DNA of 64,000 nt from Octopus bimaculoides (GCF_001194135.2 NC_068986.1:71758335-71822334), one strand, 5' to 3'. Positions 39,255 to 53,348 are shown, counted from the stretch's first letter. The notes: generated from the sequence alone by a model not told the origin. Translations and numbers: made by a program.

Positions 39255-41901
39255 TATTGAGTCTATTAACAATTATAGTGAGCATAAGTAATAAGATTTA
39301 GAACTAAACATTCACAACCTCAGTGTCGATACTGCAAAGAGCAGATAAGTTATGCCATGCCATTTTTTCTCAGTATACTTGTTACTCTACACGTTTGGTT
39401 GAAGTAATGAACCGGAATTGTGATAGCAATATGTGATTTATTCTAATTTACGCTAATGGAATATTTTTTATCCTCACACAGATTGATTTTTTGTCTTCAG
39501 ATAATCAAAACAGATATTTCTACGTTAGTTATATGCTTTTAAAAATGTAAGCTATATCTGAACTTATAAGTTTTTAAGAATTACAATATTATAATAGTAC
39601 GTAGAACCTGATGATAAACTTTGAAAAGCGATTGTAATGTTTAAGCTATTGTAAGTAAATTATTTCACTCTAATTCTTGCATTTAGCACTCCATTCTTCA
39701 GTATTCATATACACGTACACATATAATCACATATATGCATACATACTTACACACACACATATATATACATACACACACACATATACATAATTATGTATAT
39801 GTATATTTGTATATAATTGTATACATGCATGTATTTATATATGTGTGTATTCACACAAGAGATTATGTTGAACAAATGAGAAGAGTACTCAGTTTATTCA
39901 GTAGCGTGTGTCTAATTTATTGATATGGAATGGTTACCTTACGCCAAGAATTTCATGCCACCATGATTTTCAGGCTAGAACTGTTATTAGCTCGCTTTTG
40001 GTTGTATATTTCTATCCGACGGTGTGAATGTGTTCTCTCACTTGTTTTTGTTTACGATCTGGTATTTGATATCCAGTTTGGATTGCGGACAAAAGAATTG
40101 GAGAGGAATACATTTTGATGTCGGTGGCGTAATATAGTTTTATTCATCTTTATTAATTGGAATCTTTTTTGTGAAGTTTTTTTTTTTTTTTCATCTGGGC
40201 AGCATGGGGAAACAGCTTCTGGAACCACTTGGGTGTATTGTACTATCTTTTATTCCGTATTTAATATTTGCGGCAATAGTGTTTTCATTTCACTCTAATT
40301 TCAGTAAGCCATACCAAAATTCTCAGTTTATAAAGACTCCTTCATTCTTTATCATAACAAAATTCAAATGTGTTAGCAGGAGCCACTCAACCATGAAGTA
40401 CCACTTACTGCTAAAATTAACCATTATATAAATATTCTAATAATTAGCTAAACCGATATATCTAACAAGGCCAACAGTCGTTTNNNNNNNNNNNNNNNNN
40501 NNNNNNNNNNNNNNNNNNNNNNNNNNNNNNNNNNNNNNNNNNNNNNNNNNNNNNNNNNNNNNNNNNNNNNNNNNNNNNNNNNNNNNNNNNNNNNNNNNNN
40601 NNNNNNNNNNNNNNNNNNNNNNNNNNNNNNNNNNNNNNNNNNNNNNNNNNNNNNNNNNNNNNNNNNNNNNNNNNNNNNNNNNNNNNNNNNNNNNNNNNNN
40701 NNNNNNNNNNNNNNNNNNNNNNNNNNNNNNNNNNNNNNNNNNNNNNNNNNNNNNNNNNNNNNNNNNNNNNNNNNNNNNNNNNNNNNNNNNNNNNNNNNNN
40801 NNNNNNNNNNNNNNNNNNNNNNNNNNNNNNNNNNATATATATATATATATACACATACATGCATACATATATATATGTGCAAACGTATATAAGCAAACTT
40901 GACCAAAGAAGCAGACAATAAGCCATAATTGAATTAATGGATAAATCTACTTAACACACATGCCAATCAGGATAAAACAATAAAACGAATTAATAACACG
41001 ACCCCGTCAGCAAAATAAGAATGATAAGATGAAAAATAACGGCTAATCAGCAAACGCGAAAGCAAACCAATATTGCTCAGACAGAAGTAATATATCTCTT
41101 GCTTCTGACTGAGCAGCCGAATACGAATTTACCAACAAACCAAGTTAACACTTCTTCCCAGAATATCGTGTTGACGCGCAACTTGTAGTGCGAAAAAACA
41201 AAGCAGTTTCAGTAAACTATATGTACATGTAACGCATACAAACACACCAGCACACACATATCGTGTTATTCTTTTGCACATACATTCACATATATACATA
41301 TGTATGTATGCATGTATGTATATCTTAAACCTATATCGGTATTGTATATTTCTCTTTTTCTTGTCTCTCCCTTAATCCCTTTTCTTCTTTCTCAAAGGGT
41401 AACACTTCATACGTTAAATTTCTATTTGTTTCTTCCTCCGGCTTATTTATCTTCATTATACAGTCCTTTCTACGCCTTTTTCTCTTTTATTTTTCTTTGA
41501 CACTTGCTAATGCTTTCGTATTGTTTGTTTATTATTTATTAGTAATGATCTGTTGTACATATACAGTAAGAGACAGAGAGACAGAGAGAGATCATTAATC
41601 AAAGATTTTTGTATCTGTTCTAGCGATTACAATAACACCTGTCAATAGTTCTTCGAGTTTATTGTGGACCAAAATATGTTATTAAGGTTTACTGATATTC
41701 TAAATTGAGCCTAAATATGATTATAAAGACTAAATGAATATATTCCATTTTATCATACTGTGCGTAAGGAATTTACAAATAATCAACCAGAAATAAACCT
41801 TGGTATGGCAAATCTATCTCGATGAAGTTTGTACATTTTTTATCTTTTTCTCTGCTTCAGTAATTATCCTGCAGGCATCCTGGGGCAATACTTTGAAGAT
41901 T

Positions 41902-42215
41902 TTTTAGTCAAATTTATCGACCCCAGTATTTTTTAACGCTTGGAACATATTCTATCGTTTTTTTGTTGTTGTTTTTTTTTGCCGAACCGCGACGTTACAA
42001 GGACGTAAGCACACCAACACCGGTTGTCAAGCGGTGGTGGGACGCACTCACACACACATATATATACATGTATAGGACGGACTTCTTTCAGTTACCGTCT
42101 ACCAAATCCACTCAAAAAGATATGGTCGGCCCACGGCTGTGGTAAAAGTCACTTTCTCATAGTGTCACAATGTGGTTGGGAAGCAAGCTTCTTACTACAC
42201 AGCCACACGTGCACC
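41902..42215 (-). mobile_element. Composite SINE family B, second copy
   Basis: Shares GCCGAACCGC...ACACCAACACCGGTTGTCAAG, a short microsatellite, GGACTTCTTTCAGTTACCGTCTACCAAATCCACTC and TGTGGTTGGGAAGCAAGCTTCTTAC with copy 1. Confidence 0.8.
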
Positions 42216-43315
42216 CTGTACATATATACATTAATTTATTAATGAATTTGTAAAATTACTTCAGTAAAACAGTGAAACATTGTACTCTGGTAGTAATAAG
42301 TCTAATGTTTCCAGCAAAATTTTTGATCGGAGTGAAAAATAATTGTTCATTCATTTCAAAGGATATATAAATTAAAGATTGGGTTAGAAAAACAGAAAGG
42401 GCACAAAAGAAGCAGGAAGGACAGGTGATATATATGTGGGGAAGAGAGAAAAGAATATGTAAGAAATCTTACTAGATGTTTAAAACTTTGGAGAAATTGG
42501 AAGAGGAGGCTATTGGGTGCTCATAAGTTGGATAAAATTACAAATCTATACAAATATAATGTATACGCATTTTTCGTGTGCGTGCATGGTTAAGTGAGTA
42601 CATAATAGACAAAATCTTCTTCTAGGGGTGTCAAAATCTAAATGCAATAAGCAAGTTAAAATAATTCCAACAAAATCACTCTATCGAAATTTTCAGGACA
42701 ATTTTAAACAGAGAACCGAGATGGCGAGATGTATCGGTCTCATTAGATCTAACGTCTCAGTGAATTACATTCTACACAACTGAAAAAAACTTGTGAGAAC
42801 AGAGAGTTGTTAGATTATGACTGATATCCAAACAATAGCTCCTGGAAACTTCATAACGTTCGTTCCTAAATTTTTTAGTAAAAGTCCCGCATTATTCATA
42901 AATTACTGTTCCTGTAGCAATCTGGCACAACATAAGGAACTTATGAATGTAAACAGATTAGATTTATGTACTCCAATAATGTCGTTCATTTCACCCTAGT
43001 CCTTCGAACGCATGCTCATATGGAAATGGACGTTCGTAAGTTTTATTTATGCACATGGCATTATCATAAAATAGAACAGAATATTACACTAGTATGTATG
43101 TAGAGTAATATTCATTCAGCTGCAGTAATTGGTGAGACGGATTTTGTAAAATTGCGTGCATCCATCAAGAAAGCGTTTGGAAATTGAAGAAGGTAAAATC
43201 GAGCAACTATAAATTTTAATGGATAGTATTTCTCTTTAATTCAGCTTCTATGGCGGCAATGTTTAAGGTGCGTATTGTTATTACTACTACAATTACAACC
43301 AATAAAAAAAAAAAA

Positions 43316-43348
<33 letters not shown>

Positions 43349-43349
<1 letters not shown>

Positions 43350-43853
43350 CTGTGATGCAGCACCAGGCAGTGGATCTCATGGCTTCTTATCTTAACTGAC
43401 TGGAAGTGTTATCAAGTCAATACCACAGATTTGCTTGCCAGTTGTTTGACATTAACTAGGTGAGCATGTCCCTTAGTGCTTGACGATATGTGCATCTCTG
43501 ATCACGAGCAGAAGTAGTGGGGGAGCATCATAGGAATGTATTGAGAGGAATTCTTTGGGGTTTGGATAATTCACCTTTGGAAATATGGATGTTTCGTTCA
43601 ACATCCTCAAACAACCCTTTTTCAGGGACCTTTTGAGTAGGATGGGCTACACGACCTGAAGAAAATTCTAACTGGGGCCCATTTGCAAGGTCATGCGATG
43701 TTAATCTTGTCATGAGATCACTATGTCGCGCACATATGGTTGTGATGCATGTGTCTGGTGTACCCTTATCAGACGAGCAGTCGTGATGGGTATACGGGGC
43801 TTCGTATATTTTTCTCCAGTGTCACTTTGATGGCATGCACTGCTCTCTCACTC
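43349..43853 (+). mobile_element. ~520-bp non-coding interspersed element, copy 3 (inverted relative to copies 1-2)
   Basis: Reverse complement of copies 1 and 2 with a small internal deletion; (AAT)n on both sides. Confidence 0.85.
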
Positions 43854-44036
<183 letters not shown>

Positions 44037-44084
44037 TATGCAGTTATGATAATATTTATGGTAACAACAAAGCAACAATGACAA

Positions 44085-44116
<32 letters not shown>

Positions 44117-44229
44117 ACATCAACAACAACAACAACAACAACAATAATACTGAGATTTTGTTGACACATGCATCACAAACGAAATAAATAACGAAACCCG
44201 GCAATCTCAAATTCTAGGACTGAACAATA

Positions 44230-45594
44230 ATGACCTAAAAATACCAAATCAGAACCGTGCAAACAAAACTAAATAAAAAGAAATACCAAGTAGATCTAAA
44301 GATAAGAAATTTTGAACGTGGAGATCATGATCAATATAGTCTAAAATTAAGTGTAAATCATGAATTGAAAGCAATCAGATCTTCCTGTGGACCACTGAAT
44401 GCACTCCACCTCAAAACCCGACAAAATAAGACAATGATAAGTTAACAAGGACAATAAAGAAACACGGATTTGCCGATCACAGACGACTTAATTACAGCAA
44501 ATACAAACATAAACATTAACAAGTAAAACACAATGACACATGCAGAAGCATTAATAATCATAAAGTAAAGTTAGTACTCCATGAAACCCACATTATTAGG
44601 ATACCAAAACCCAAGAAAATATCATAGAAAACAAATATTCAGAAAAAAGATAGAGAAAAAGAGAAAAGATCTGTCCATCCTCAGTGATATCAGTAACAAA
44701 ACAAAACTACGAAACAAGAGGAAAGAAAGAAAAATACTACAGATAATAATACTGCAAATAAGTTATACTTGAAATAAAAGAACACCTAAAACAGGAGATC
44801 CTCGCTAAATCACAAAAACCTGTCGGTGTGTAAAGCGCCAAAGATTTTTTGAACAAAGCGTACAATGGACCTTCAGACCAAAAATGAGTCTACCAAGACC
44901 TTGGTAAAAGTATAATAGAAGTCCATGTAGCACGAACAGCAAAAGAAATAGAATTTGGGAAAAGAAGCACCTAGGAAAGGGCTGTATAAATCAACAAACC
45001 CAGCAGTTGAACCACTCAGAATACCCATAACCAAAGAGAAAGTAACCCAAGTACTGCAAATATCAAACAAGTTTAATGTGATGTTGATGGAACTAACGGC
45101 AACACCTGAGTACTCACAGTAAAGAAAACTGTCTTAATCCCCAAATCTATGTAAACATGGAACCCACAAACCTACAGTCCCACAACATGTCTCCCTACAA
45201 TTTACACAACCTTAAGTGAAATAATAGAAATAATATTGCAGGGGATAAGCAAGCATCTGGAAGTAGAAACCTGTTTCCAGAAAAAGAAAGCTGAAGGGAT
45301 GCTGCAGAGTCTCATGTTTGTAAAAACCAGTTACTGATCAACAAGGTCACAAGGGGAAAAATACTGAAGGAAAATGAATGATCTAAGCATGGCATGGATT
45401 GACTAACAGAAGGTGTTTGACAGTATTTGCCAATCCGTGGATCTTAGAAACAGATACTGGCCTTGAGTAAGATAGCACCAGCAATAAAATAATGCATAAA
45501 ACATGCCGTGAGTCAATAGCAAACAGTTCTGCGGACAAAAGAAGGAATTATAAAAACTAAACCTTTCACTATTTGAAGAGTATTCCAAAAATAC

Positions 45595-45677
<83 letters not shown>

Positions 45678-46028
45678 TCTCTCTATCCCTCTCTCTCTTC
45701 TCCTTTTCTGTCTGGCATAGACTTCTTTGATTGACATACTAAACGTACTGTATTTGGATACAATTGCTATGGTAAACCAATCGACCATCTCTTTATATAG
45801 ATGATCTCTAGTTGTATGCTGCAAATGATAAACAACTGGAAACATTACTACAGACGGTTCACGGATTTACCAAAGAAATCAATATGAGATTCAGCTTAGC
45901 AAAATGTGCCAAATCAACCTTAAGAAAACTAATTAAGAATAACAATATCATATTTGATAAAGAAACTGAAATAGGAGAATTAGACCAAACTCAGGTATAC
46001 AAACACTTAGGAATCAATGTATTAGTCT
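44230..46028 (+). mobile_element. Decayed R4/Dong-like LINE RT region
   Basis: TTCLPTIY, QLLINKV, LSMAWID*QKVFDS, RVFQ..[(CT)n]..LLFCLA and YAANDKQLETLLQTV...INMRFSLAKCAK...VYKHLGI occur in order. Confidence 0.85.
45597..45698. repeat. (CT)n microsatellite inside the LINE RT
   Basis: Direct reading. Confidence 0.97.
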
Positions 46029-46075
46029 AAGTGTGCTTTTCCGATACTTGTCTCCAATTAAGGATTTATTATTAC

Positions 46076-46144
<69 letters not shown>

Positions 46145-46154
46145 TATTATTATT

Positions 46155-46372
46155 GGGGTGACGAACTGACAGAATCATTAGAACGTCGGACAAGATGCTT
46201 AGCGGTAGTTTGTTCGTCTTTACGTTCTGAGTTCTGAATTCTGCTGAGGTCGAGTTTGCTTTCCATCCTTTCGGAGGTCCATAAAATTAGTACCAGTGAG
46301 CACTGGTACTTATTTTCTCGACTTACCCCCTCCTCCAAAATCGCTGGCCCTTTTCCAAAATTTGAAACCACT
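46155..46372 (+). mobile_element. SINE family A, full length, preceded by (ATT)n
   Basis: GGGGTGACGAACTGACAGAATCATTAGAACGTCGGACAAGATGCTTAGCGG...GAGTTCTGAATTCTGCTGAGGTCGAG...CCAAAATTTGAAACC. Confidence 0.88.
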
Positions 46373-46399
46373 ATTACTATAGTTATTGTCGTTGTAGTT

Positions 46400-48650
46400 G
46401 TTGTTACTCTTATTTTTTTATCTTGTACTTTCGCATTTATGTGTGCCTTTGATATGTACAGTGTTTTGGATTTGTTAATTCTACTGTATTGAAAGTGCTT
46501 CATGTAATATTATCGCAGTGGCTGACAGTGCTATTTTCTGTACTTAATGCATATTTGTAAGCTCTAGGCTTTTGTTGTATATTTACATATATTTTGATCA
46601 TTCCCAAAGCACATATCATTATTTGAATTACTTCCGTTTTCATTCGAGCTGTCTGTATATCCGAATCGTTATACTTAGATAATTAGTCCATCTCTTTTAG
46701 AAATACATTATCAACTGTCAGGACTGATATATTCAGGTATTTCTTTTCTTCGAGGTCCACGACAACAATATCTAGTCGGTTTTCCTTGATATTGGCATAT
46801 TTCAGTGTATGGTTGTTCTGCACCTCTTGGAAACCTCCATCGTGTATGCTTATTGGTATTTCATGGTGGTAGAATAAATCGCAGTGTTTGTAAGCAGCAA
46901 TTTCGTCATGTATTTGGATGTATTCTTTCTTGGCTAAGTATGTGCATCTAGAGACAATGTCCTTAATTGTTTCTTCCCATCTTCATATATTCTGAAGTTA
47001 CAGTATTCTGCTTGAATATATACCTCATTCTCTCAAACGGATTCTGCGCTTTTCAATCTGTGTTTGAATTTTTTGTCAATTTCCACTGAGTTGACTTTTC
47101 CAGTAGAATTTTTTCTTCCCATCGATTTTCATGGTATTCTGTAGTGCAATATTTAGTTTGGACTTTAACTGTTTCACGGTTTTTTTGTTCTTTCCTTATA
47201 GCTATCTGTAACTGCAGCCTCTGCTTTGTGCTTCTCGGATTCCGTGAATACACAAAAAACAAAAAAATATTTTTTAGTTTTATTCATGTTTAATAGCTGT
47301 TTGTAATAATATTTTTGTCGTCCTACAGTGCATATTTTGCAATTATTTTCTAACTGTCTTGTAGTCCTGATAAATATAGTCTTCCAAAGTCAGAATTTTG
47401 CGGTTGGAGGTTATTCTAAATGTAGTCTGCAGTCATTATCTTGTTTTAGTTAGCTTATAATTCAGATATTAAAATTGTGACTTATTGTCGGAGCAGCTTC
47501 AGTATTCATGCTTATTTCCTTATATTTTGCATTTAGCTGTTTTTATTAATAATCAGAGGCGTCTATAATTTTCCCTCTTAATCTTTTCTTTCATTTTAGT
47601 GTGTTGTGCAGTCTGTTCCATTGATTTTTTCCTGTCTGCGATTGGTCCAATTCTCATATCTCAGTGTCTTTATCTAGTATGATATTAATATTCTTAATTA
47701 ATTTTTCTCTCTTCAATGTCGATTTAGCGCTTTTTTTCTAAACTGAATCACTTATTTATTTCTTTGGTAAATCCGTGCATTACATATAGAAATACTTTTA
47801 GTTTTTCGGTATTTGCAATGCACAGTTTGCCGATATTCATATACAAGATATGGCCAATTTTCTTACCATATCATTAGTATTCACGTCCAGTTCTGTTTAA
47901 TATGTTGGTCAAAGGCGTCAACGCCCGTAAGAATGGTAGCAGAAGAGAAAGTTCACTGGAATAATTTTCTTTTAATGAGGGTTTACTTTTTACAATTCTC
48001 TTTTTTTTATCTGACAGCAAAATTGCTTGCCATTTGCTAATGAAAAGTTTAATGTTTTTCTTGTTATTGTTGCCTATCATTAGTGTTTCAAGGATCTATT
48101 TGCGGAGAATACTTTCGAAAATCTTCCTGTAGTCAATACATGCTATTCTCAGGTCATTCTGTTTCCTGCAGCAGACGTCGATTATCGCTTTTCTGTTTTC
48201 TTCTAAATTTTGTTCGATTTATGCGATATTATCCCAGTTACAGTTTTATAAGTTAAAGAAAGACATTTGTGCTTTCTGTTGAGTCGAGAAGATTGTTTTT
48301 TCTTCAGTGAATCAGTCAAGTGTTGTTACTAGTTTTGTCGGCATCTCATTAAATTTCTCTGCTAACTCCTCATTCTAAATATTTTAGCGAGATTTTGGGT
48401 GTCATGTCATGCCCGGATACTTTCCACTTCTTTTTCTTTTTATGCATCTGGGTCACTTGTTTTGTTTATAAGTACGCCCACATTCATTCCGAAGTTGTGT
48501 TCATTGTTTGATGAGTTTTTTTCACAGTGAGTTTTTCACAGCCAAAACTGCCCAGTAAAATTTTTTACTTTTCTTACTGTTGGCGCTGCATTGTCTTCTA
48601 TTTTATTTTTACCAAGTTCTTGATAGAATCGTTTTGAGGTGGAGTCGAGC
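46400..48650 (-). mobile_element. Decayed R4/Dong-like LINE
   Basis: The 3' end near 46480-46540 reads QKIALSATAIILHEALSIQ*. An RPD-like remnant (AAACCGACTAGATATTGTTGTC) lies near 46770 and degenerate ORF sequence continues upstream. The right boundary is approximate. Confidence 0.7.
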
Positions 48651-48899
48651 TGTTTGCTTTCTTCAAAGAAACATTGGCATTTAATTATTGCTGTTGTTGT
48701 TGTTAATTAGCAAAATCGCCGGAGCATTGGGAAAACTGCCTTGCGATATTTGCTCTGGCTCTTTACATAATGAATTGAAAATTCCAAGAGAAGGTTTGTT
48801 TTTTTTGTTTCACATCAAAATAGAGTTTTCGAAATTACCTTCATTACCGGCCGGTCAGCAACAGGGGAATGCTGAGGGGCAAATTTGAAAGTGAAATTG

Positions 48900-50250
48900 T
48901 CGTTCACAATCAATACCTTCCAACAAAACACCACAGCATTAATAATGACTAACAACAGTGGCAACAACATCAGTAGCAACAGCAACAAAAACAAAGGTAA
49001 CAATAGCACCTGTAGTGGAAGCACAGTGTTTGCTGGTGCTGCAGAACCTTTTGGTTTCAGTCCCACGGGAAAATTACAAGTACATAGAAGATGCAGAACA
49101 ACATATCAACAGATTCGGAAGACAAGTAGCATTCACGGCACCATATGACATTCAAAAGTGATTAGATAAAACAGCAGTGATATACGGATACATATAATTG
49201 AAAATACACAGACCGGAGCGAGTTTCCCCCCAAGCAAACTGTACTCAGCTTGAAAGGCACTTGAGGAAATGTAAGCTTTGTCATCTGTGCCTGTAAATAT
49301 GGTTGCATAGTACTGGATTAGTTGAAAGTTAAGACGTTTAACTGGAACCCTAACTACTAGCGATCTCAGGAGAGCAGCAAGAGCAGGTGGTAATGGAGGG
49401 TAGAAGGCTTAGATGCCACAATTATGGAAACATCGATCACCTCAATGTCTTCTACCTGTAAAACAGTAGAAAGTAACAGCTCCAAGAAGGCCTCAACTGC
49501 TATAAACATGACATCAACAACTACAACAACGGCAGCAACGCATCACCAAATGCAACATCGATAACAGTGAGCAGCCACAGCAACAGTAGTTACAACGCCA
49601 GATTCAAGAAAATAAGCAACGTCTACAACGATAACAACAACAGTGTCAACATTGGAAGAAACAAAAACCAAATAGGAAGCACCGTCTCTAAGCGCGACAA
49701 TATCGCCAACAACATGGAGGACAACAGCAACAGGAAGCTTAAAAACATCAACAAAAACGACAGCAAAGGAACAACTCCACAATCTTCCGTCCAACACGTG
49801 ACTCTCCTCACTTCAGACTACTCAGACATGTGTTGTGTGGAAGGTGGTGGTGAATACTCTAAACAGCTAAAGTGGCGAATAGAAAGAAAAAAGAAAAAAA
49901 CAATCATGCTAACAAAAGACACCGGGAGATTCGAACGGATTGGGGAGATGATGCACCAACAACATTTACTAAGCAGTAACCCCATTGGTATCAACACCAA
50001 CATCATTGTTACAACCACAACGAGCACCACCGACACTAACAACGTTACAAACACATGCAGAAATTAGATCACGCAATCAACAGCCAGAACTCCATCTCAA
50101 ACACAAACAAAAAAGTCATTAATTACATAAGCCAAAGAACATTAATGAATTACATACATCAACATACAAACACAACACATGATATCTGCATCTTAGTAAC
50201 AACTACTATATCAGCACGCATAACAGTAATCAACAGGAAATAAAACACAC
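48900..50250. repeat. Degenerate (AAC)/(AGC)-rich low-complexity tract
   Basis: Recurrent ACA/AAC/AGC triplets give Asn/Ser/Thr-rich plus-strand ORFs and Val/Leu-rich minus-strand ORFs. Confidence 0.75.
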
Positions 50251-50299
50251 ACGATCTTTAAAACAAATCGAATATCCAGACGGAATAGATTTCTACTGG

Positions 50300-51650
50300 A
50301 ATATTAACGAAAGACTATAAAAAAGCTTATTCGTGGAAATTCATCCAAATATCTGGAGGGATGGAAAGAGTATATATTTTAAGTGGTGCTTCTCTCCATT
50401 TATCTAAGATGCCCTTAATTCGCCTTCGAAACAGGTTCCTGCCAGTTCATCTCAAGTAGATATGTATAGCTGTAAAGTAGCACTTTATGATATGTTCTAT
50501 GAGAAACTCCTCTTCCCCTGGAAAAATGTAATAAAAAGTGACCTACATGGAGAGGTAAAGCACTCTTGGCACATCTTTATGGATCCAGAAATTAGACTGA
50601 GGGTTCTGGATGTGACCAGTAGCGAAAAGCATGCCTTTAGATAAGTAGGCTTCACCGCCCAAATAGAGATGGGGCAGCCAGATTTCTAGTCTGGAGGTTT
50701 TCCTAACGACACCCTGCTCTCTGTTGTTAGTGAGATATTGGAACACATCTGGAGTGTGTGGGATATGCTGGCAGAAGCGATGTTTGCAAAAGTTTCACAA
50801 AGCTGCTCAGACTGATTGGATATCCCGGATATGGCAACGGGTCATCCAGATCGTCAGTAGGTACAGCATCCTGTATGTCAGTAGGTAAGGAAAGCGTAGG
50901 TTGTTACAGTTCAAAATTATCTGCTAAATATATATCAAATTCGCGATCTGTATGGATGATAGCCTTCGGAGTCTGAGATTGGGTTGATGGAAGTAAAACG
51001 CTAGAAAGCTAAAAGGGGTATTTTAGGAAAGGTATCGCAACCCGCGTGTTTGTGATGAATTGAGTCATGAAAAATTCTTCAATACGAAAGGCTAAGTTTG
51101 CACTGTCAGTACTAAGGTGTATGCTGTAAAGAATGAAGGAACTCCAGCCGTTGATGCACCTGATTGTCAGATGTATAACGTAGCAAAACCCATAATTCCG
51201 TCTTTGGTGGTCTCCGATGAGCTCCTGCCAATTCATCTCAAGTAGAAACGTACGGCTGTAAAGTAGCACTTTGCTAGATAGTTCGGGACGGATGCTGCGT
51301 CGGAAACGATGGTAGATTTTACTGTCTACCTTGATGGCTTACTGCGACTCTCGGTTGGAGATGCAGAGTTCTACGAAAGCCGATAAGAGTCGATGAAATA
51401 CGTGAGGGGATAGTTGACTGCTCAGTGGGTGTGGAAATCACCGGGGAGAATGATATGTTCTACAATATCTATCTTCATACGCCGGGACTTTTCGGAGACT
51501 TCTTGGTAGAGGTCTATGAACTGTATGTGTACAAATATATGGGGGAGATGGAATACAAGTATTAATGTCGTTAATCCTTCACACGTTGTCACATTTACAG
51601 GGAAGTATGTATAGACTGTGGTCGCAGAGATAACACAAAACAATAAATAG
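50300..51650 (-). mobile_element. Decayed CR1/Jockey-like LINE, APE endonuclease region
   Basis: HIILPGDFHTH resembles the APE motif IILGDFNAH; FMTQFITNTR resembles L.Q.V..PTR. Confidence 0.55.
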
Positions 51651-52204
51651 TCGGATGGGATCTATATGGATAAACAGGCGTTAATGGCTCCCGAAGACTA
51701 TAAAAGATATTCCGGATATGTACCGCATTGGTGGTGCAGTAAGCAAAGAAATTCATTGCTGCTACAGGAAGACAAAATGCTATATTATTGGGAGTAAAAG
51801 CTACGCCAAGACTTTCTGCTTAAAGGTGCTGAAAAGGCAGAGGATATGCTTGTCAGCAAATAACAGGAGCGATAGAAACAGCAATAGCAGCTGTATGCAA
51901 GACACTTCTAGCGGAAGACTTAGAGTAGCCTGAAACATTACTTAGTATTCAGTACAAGAACTAGACAAGCAGGAACTAAGCTTCCCCTTTCCAGCGGTGC
52001 AATCTCACAATATGCTGTGGATGGAGATGGTTGCAGGAAAGAAATGACAATCTGCAGGAGACAGTCAAAAAAGAAAGAGAGAAAAAGACCTAGATCACAA
52101 AAGCAAACCTTGACCGAAGACAAACAAGACACACTATGAGAAACTTCTCTCCCCCTGGAACAATGTGAAATTCTCAGTACCGAAAATTGTGAATAATGAA
52201 CTTG

Positions 52205-52400
52205 CGTTGTAGAGGGCTGACGATATGCATTGTATTCTAACCTTTATGCTTCGGGTTCAATTCCCAATGAAGTTAACTTCGATTTTCATCTTTCAGAGAT
52301 CGATGAAAGTTAAGTACCAGTCAAGTACTGAAATCGATATAATTGACTAACACCTCTCCAAAACTTTCTGGTTTTATTCCTATATTCGAAACAATTATTA
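52205..52400 (+). mobile_element. SINE family A, degenerate
   Basis: GGGTTCAATTCCC...TTTTCATCTTTCAGAGATCGATGAAAGTTAAGTACCAGTCAAGTACTGAAATCGATATAATTGACTAAC. Confidence 0.7.
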
Positions 52401-53129
52401 ATTTAAGAAATTATTATGATTATTGTTGTTGCTGTCATTGTTGTTATTAATCTTTGTCGCGAGCTGACGTCTATAAACAACAGAGCTTCGGAAATGAAAA
52501 GGAAGCTTTTTGACCAACGTAGAAATTTCGGACATTTATGCCTCTACTTTCTTTCCCTGGGGTGAAGAAGGTTCTTACGAAATTTTTAAAAATATTTTCT
52601 TGTTTCTGCACCAATGCCTAGTAGCGATGCAAAATAACCAGCTCTGTGAGCGTTACAAGAGGTATTAGCCATCAAGATATACGTTCTTACACTCAAAAGT
52701 TAGCTTGAAAAATCGAGGAAATAGATAATAATACTGAACATGCAGACAAAACCAAATGAAAAACACGACAGGACCACAAATTATAACCTTGAGTTAACAG
52801 CAACAGTCACACCTATTTTCCCAACATCGCAATCCTAAATGAAACAACTAGCATCCTCCAGTTTCTGAAAAGAAAGTGTGAAGGGTAGGCCACAAAAGAT
52901 TGTACCACCTTGCCTGACAAATTTATCGAGGATATAGAAAGGAGGAAACTACCTACCTCTGGCCCCCTGTTTCTCGAGAAACACAGGTACATGCAAAGAT
53001 CTCTGAAGGAGCAGATAAAGAAAATCATTTGTCACGATGTGTGCCCCATCGACCGGTAAAAAAATACATAAATATATGGCTCGATCTTTAAGACCAGGAA
53101 AGAGGCAACAGAAAAGGCAGTGCATTATT

Positions 53130-53271
53130 TACATTATTTACATTTGACGGGTATTTGACCTCATCTTGTTTGTTGTTAAAACAACGTTTCGACTGATATA
53201 CCCTCCAGCCTTCATCAGGTGTCTTGGGGAAATTTCGAACCTGGGTTCTTATTCCTAAGGTATTTTTCGAT
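53130..53271 (-). mobile_element. ~140-bp hammerhead-containing repeat, copy 1
   Basis: Reverse complement of 53625-53765 with 5 substitutions and 1 indel; preceded on its own strand by (AAT)n(AAC)n. Confidence 0.88.
53178..53223 (-). ncRNA. Minimal type I hammerhead ribozyme motif, one stem I mismatch
   Basis: GACAC CTGATGA A GGCTG GAGGGTATAT CAGTC GAAA C GTT GTTTT. Confidence 0.6.
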
Positions 53272-53284
53272 GTTGTTGTTGTTG

Positions 53285-53348
<64 letters not shown>

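Noticed and set aside
49567-50067. 166-aa Asn/Ser/Thr-rich ORF
   Set aside because: A low-complexity repeat translation with no domain or splice support.
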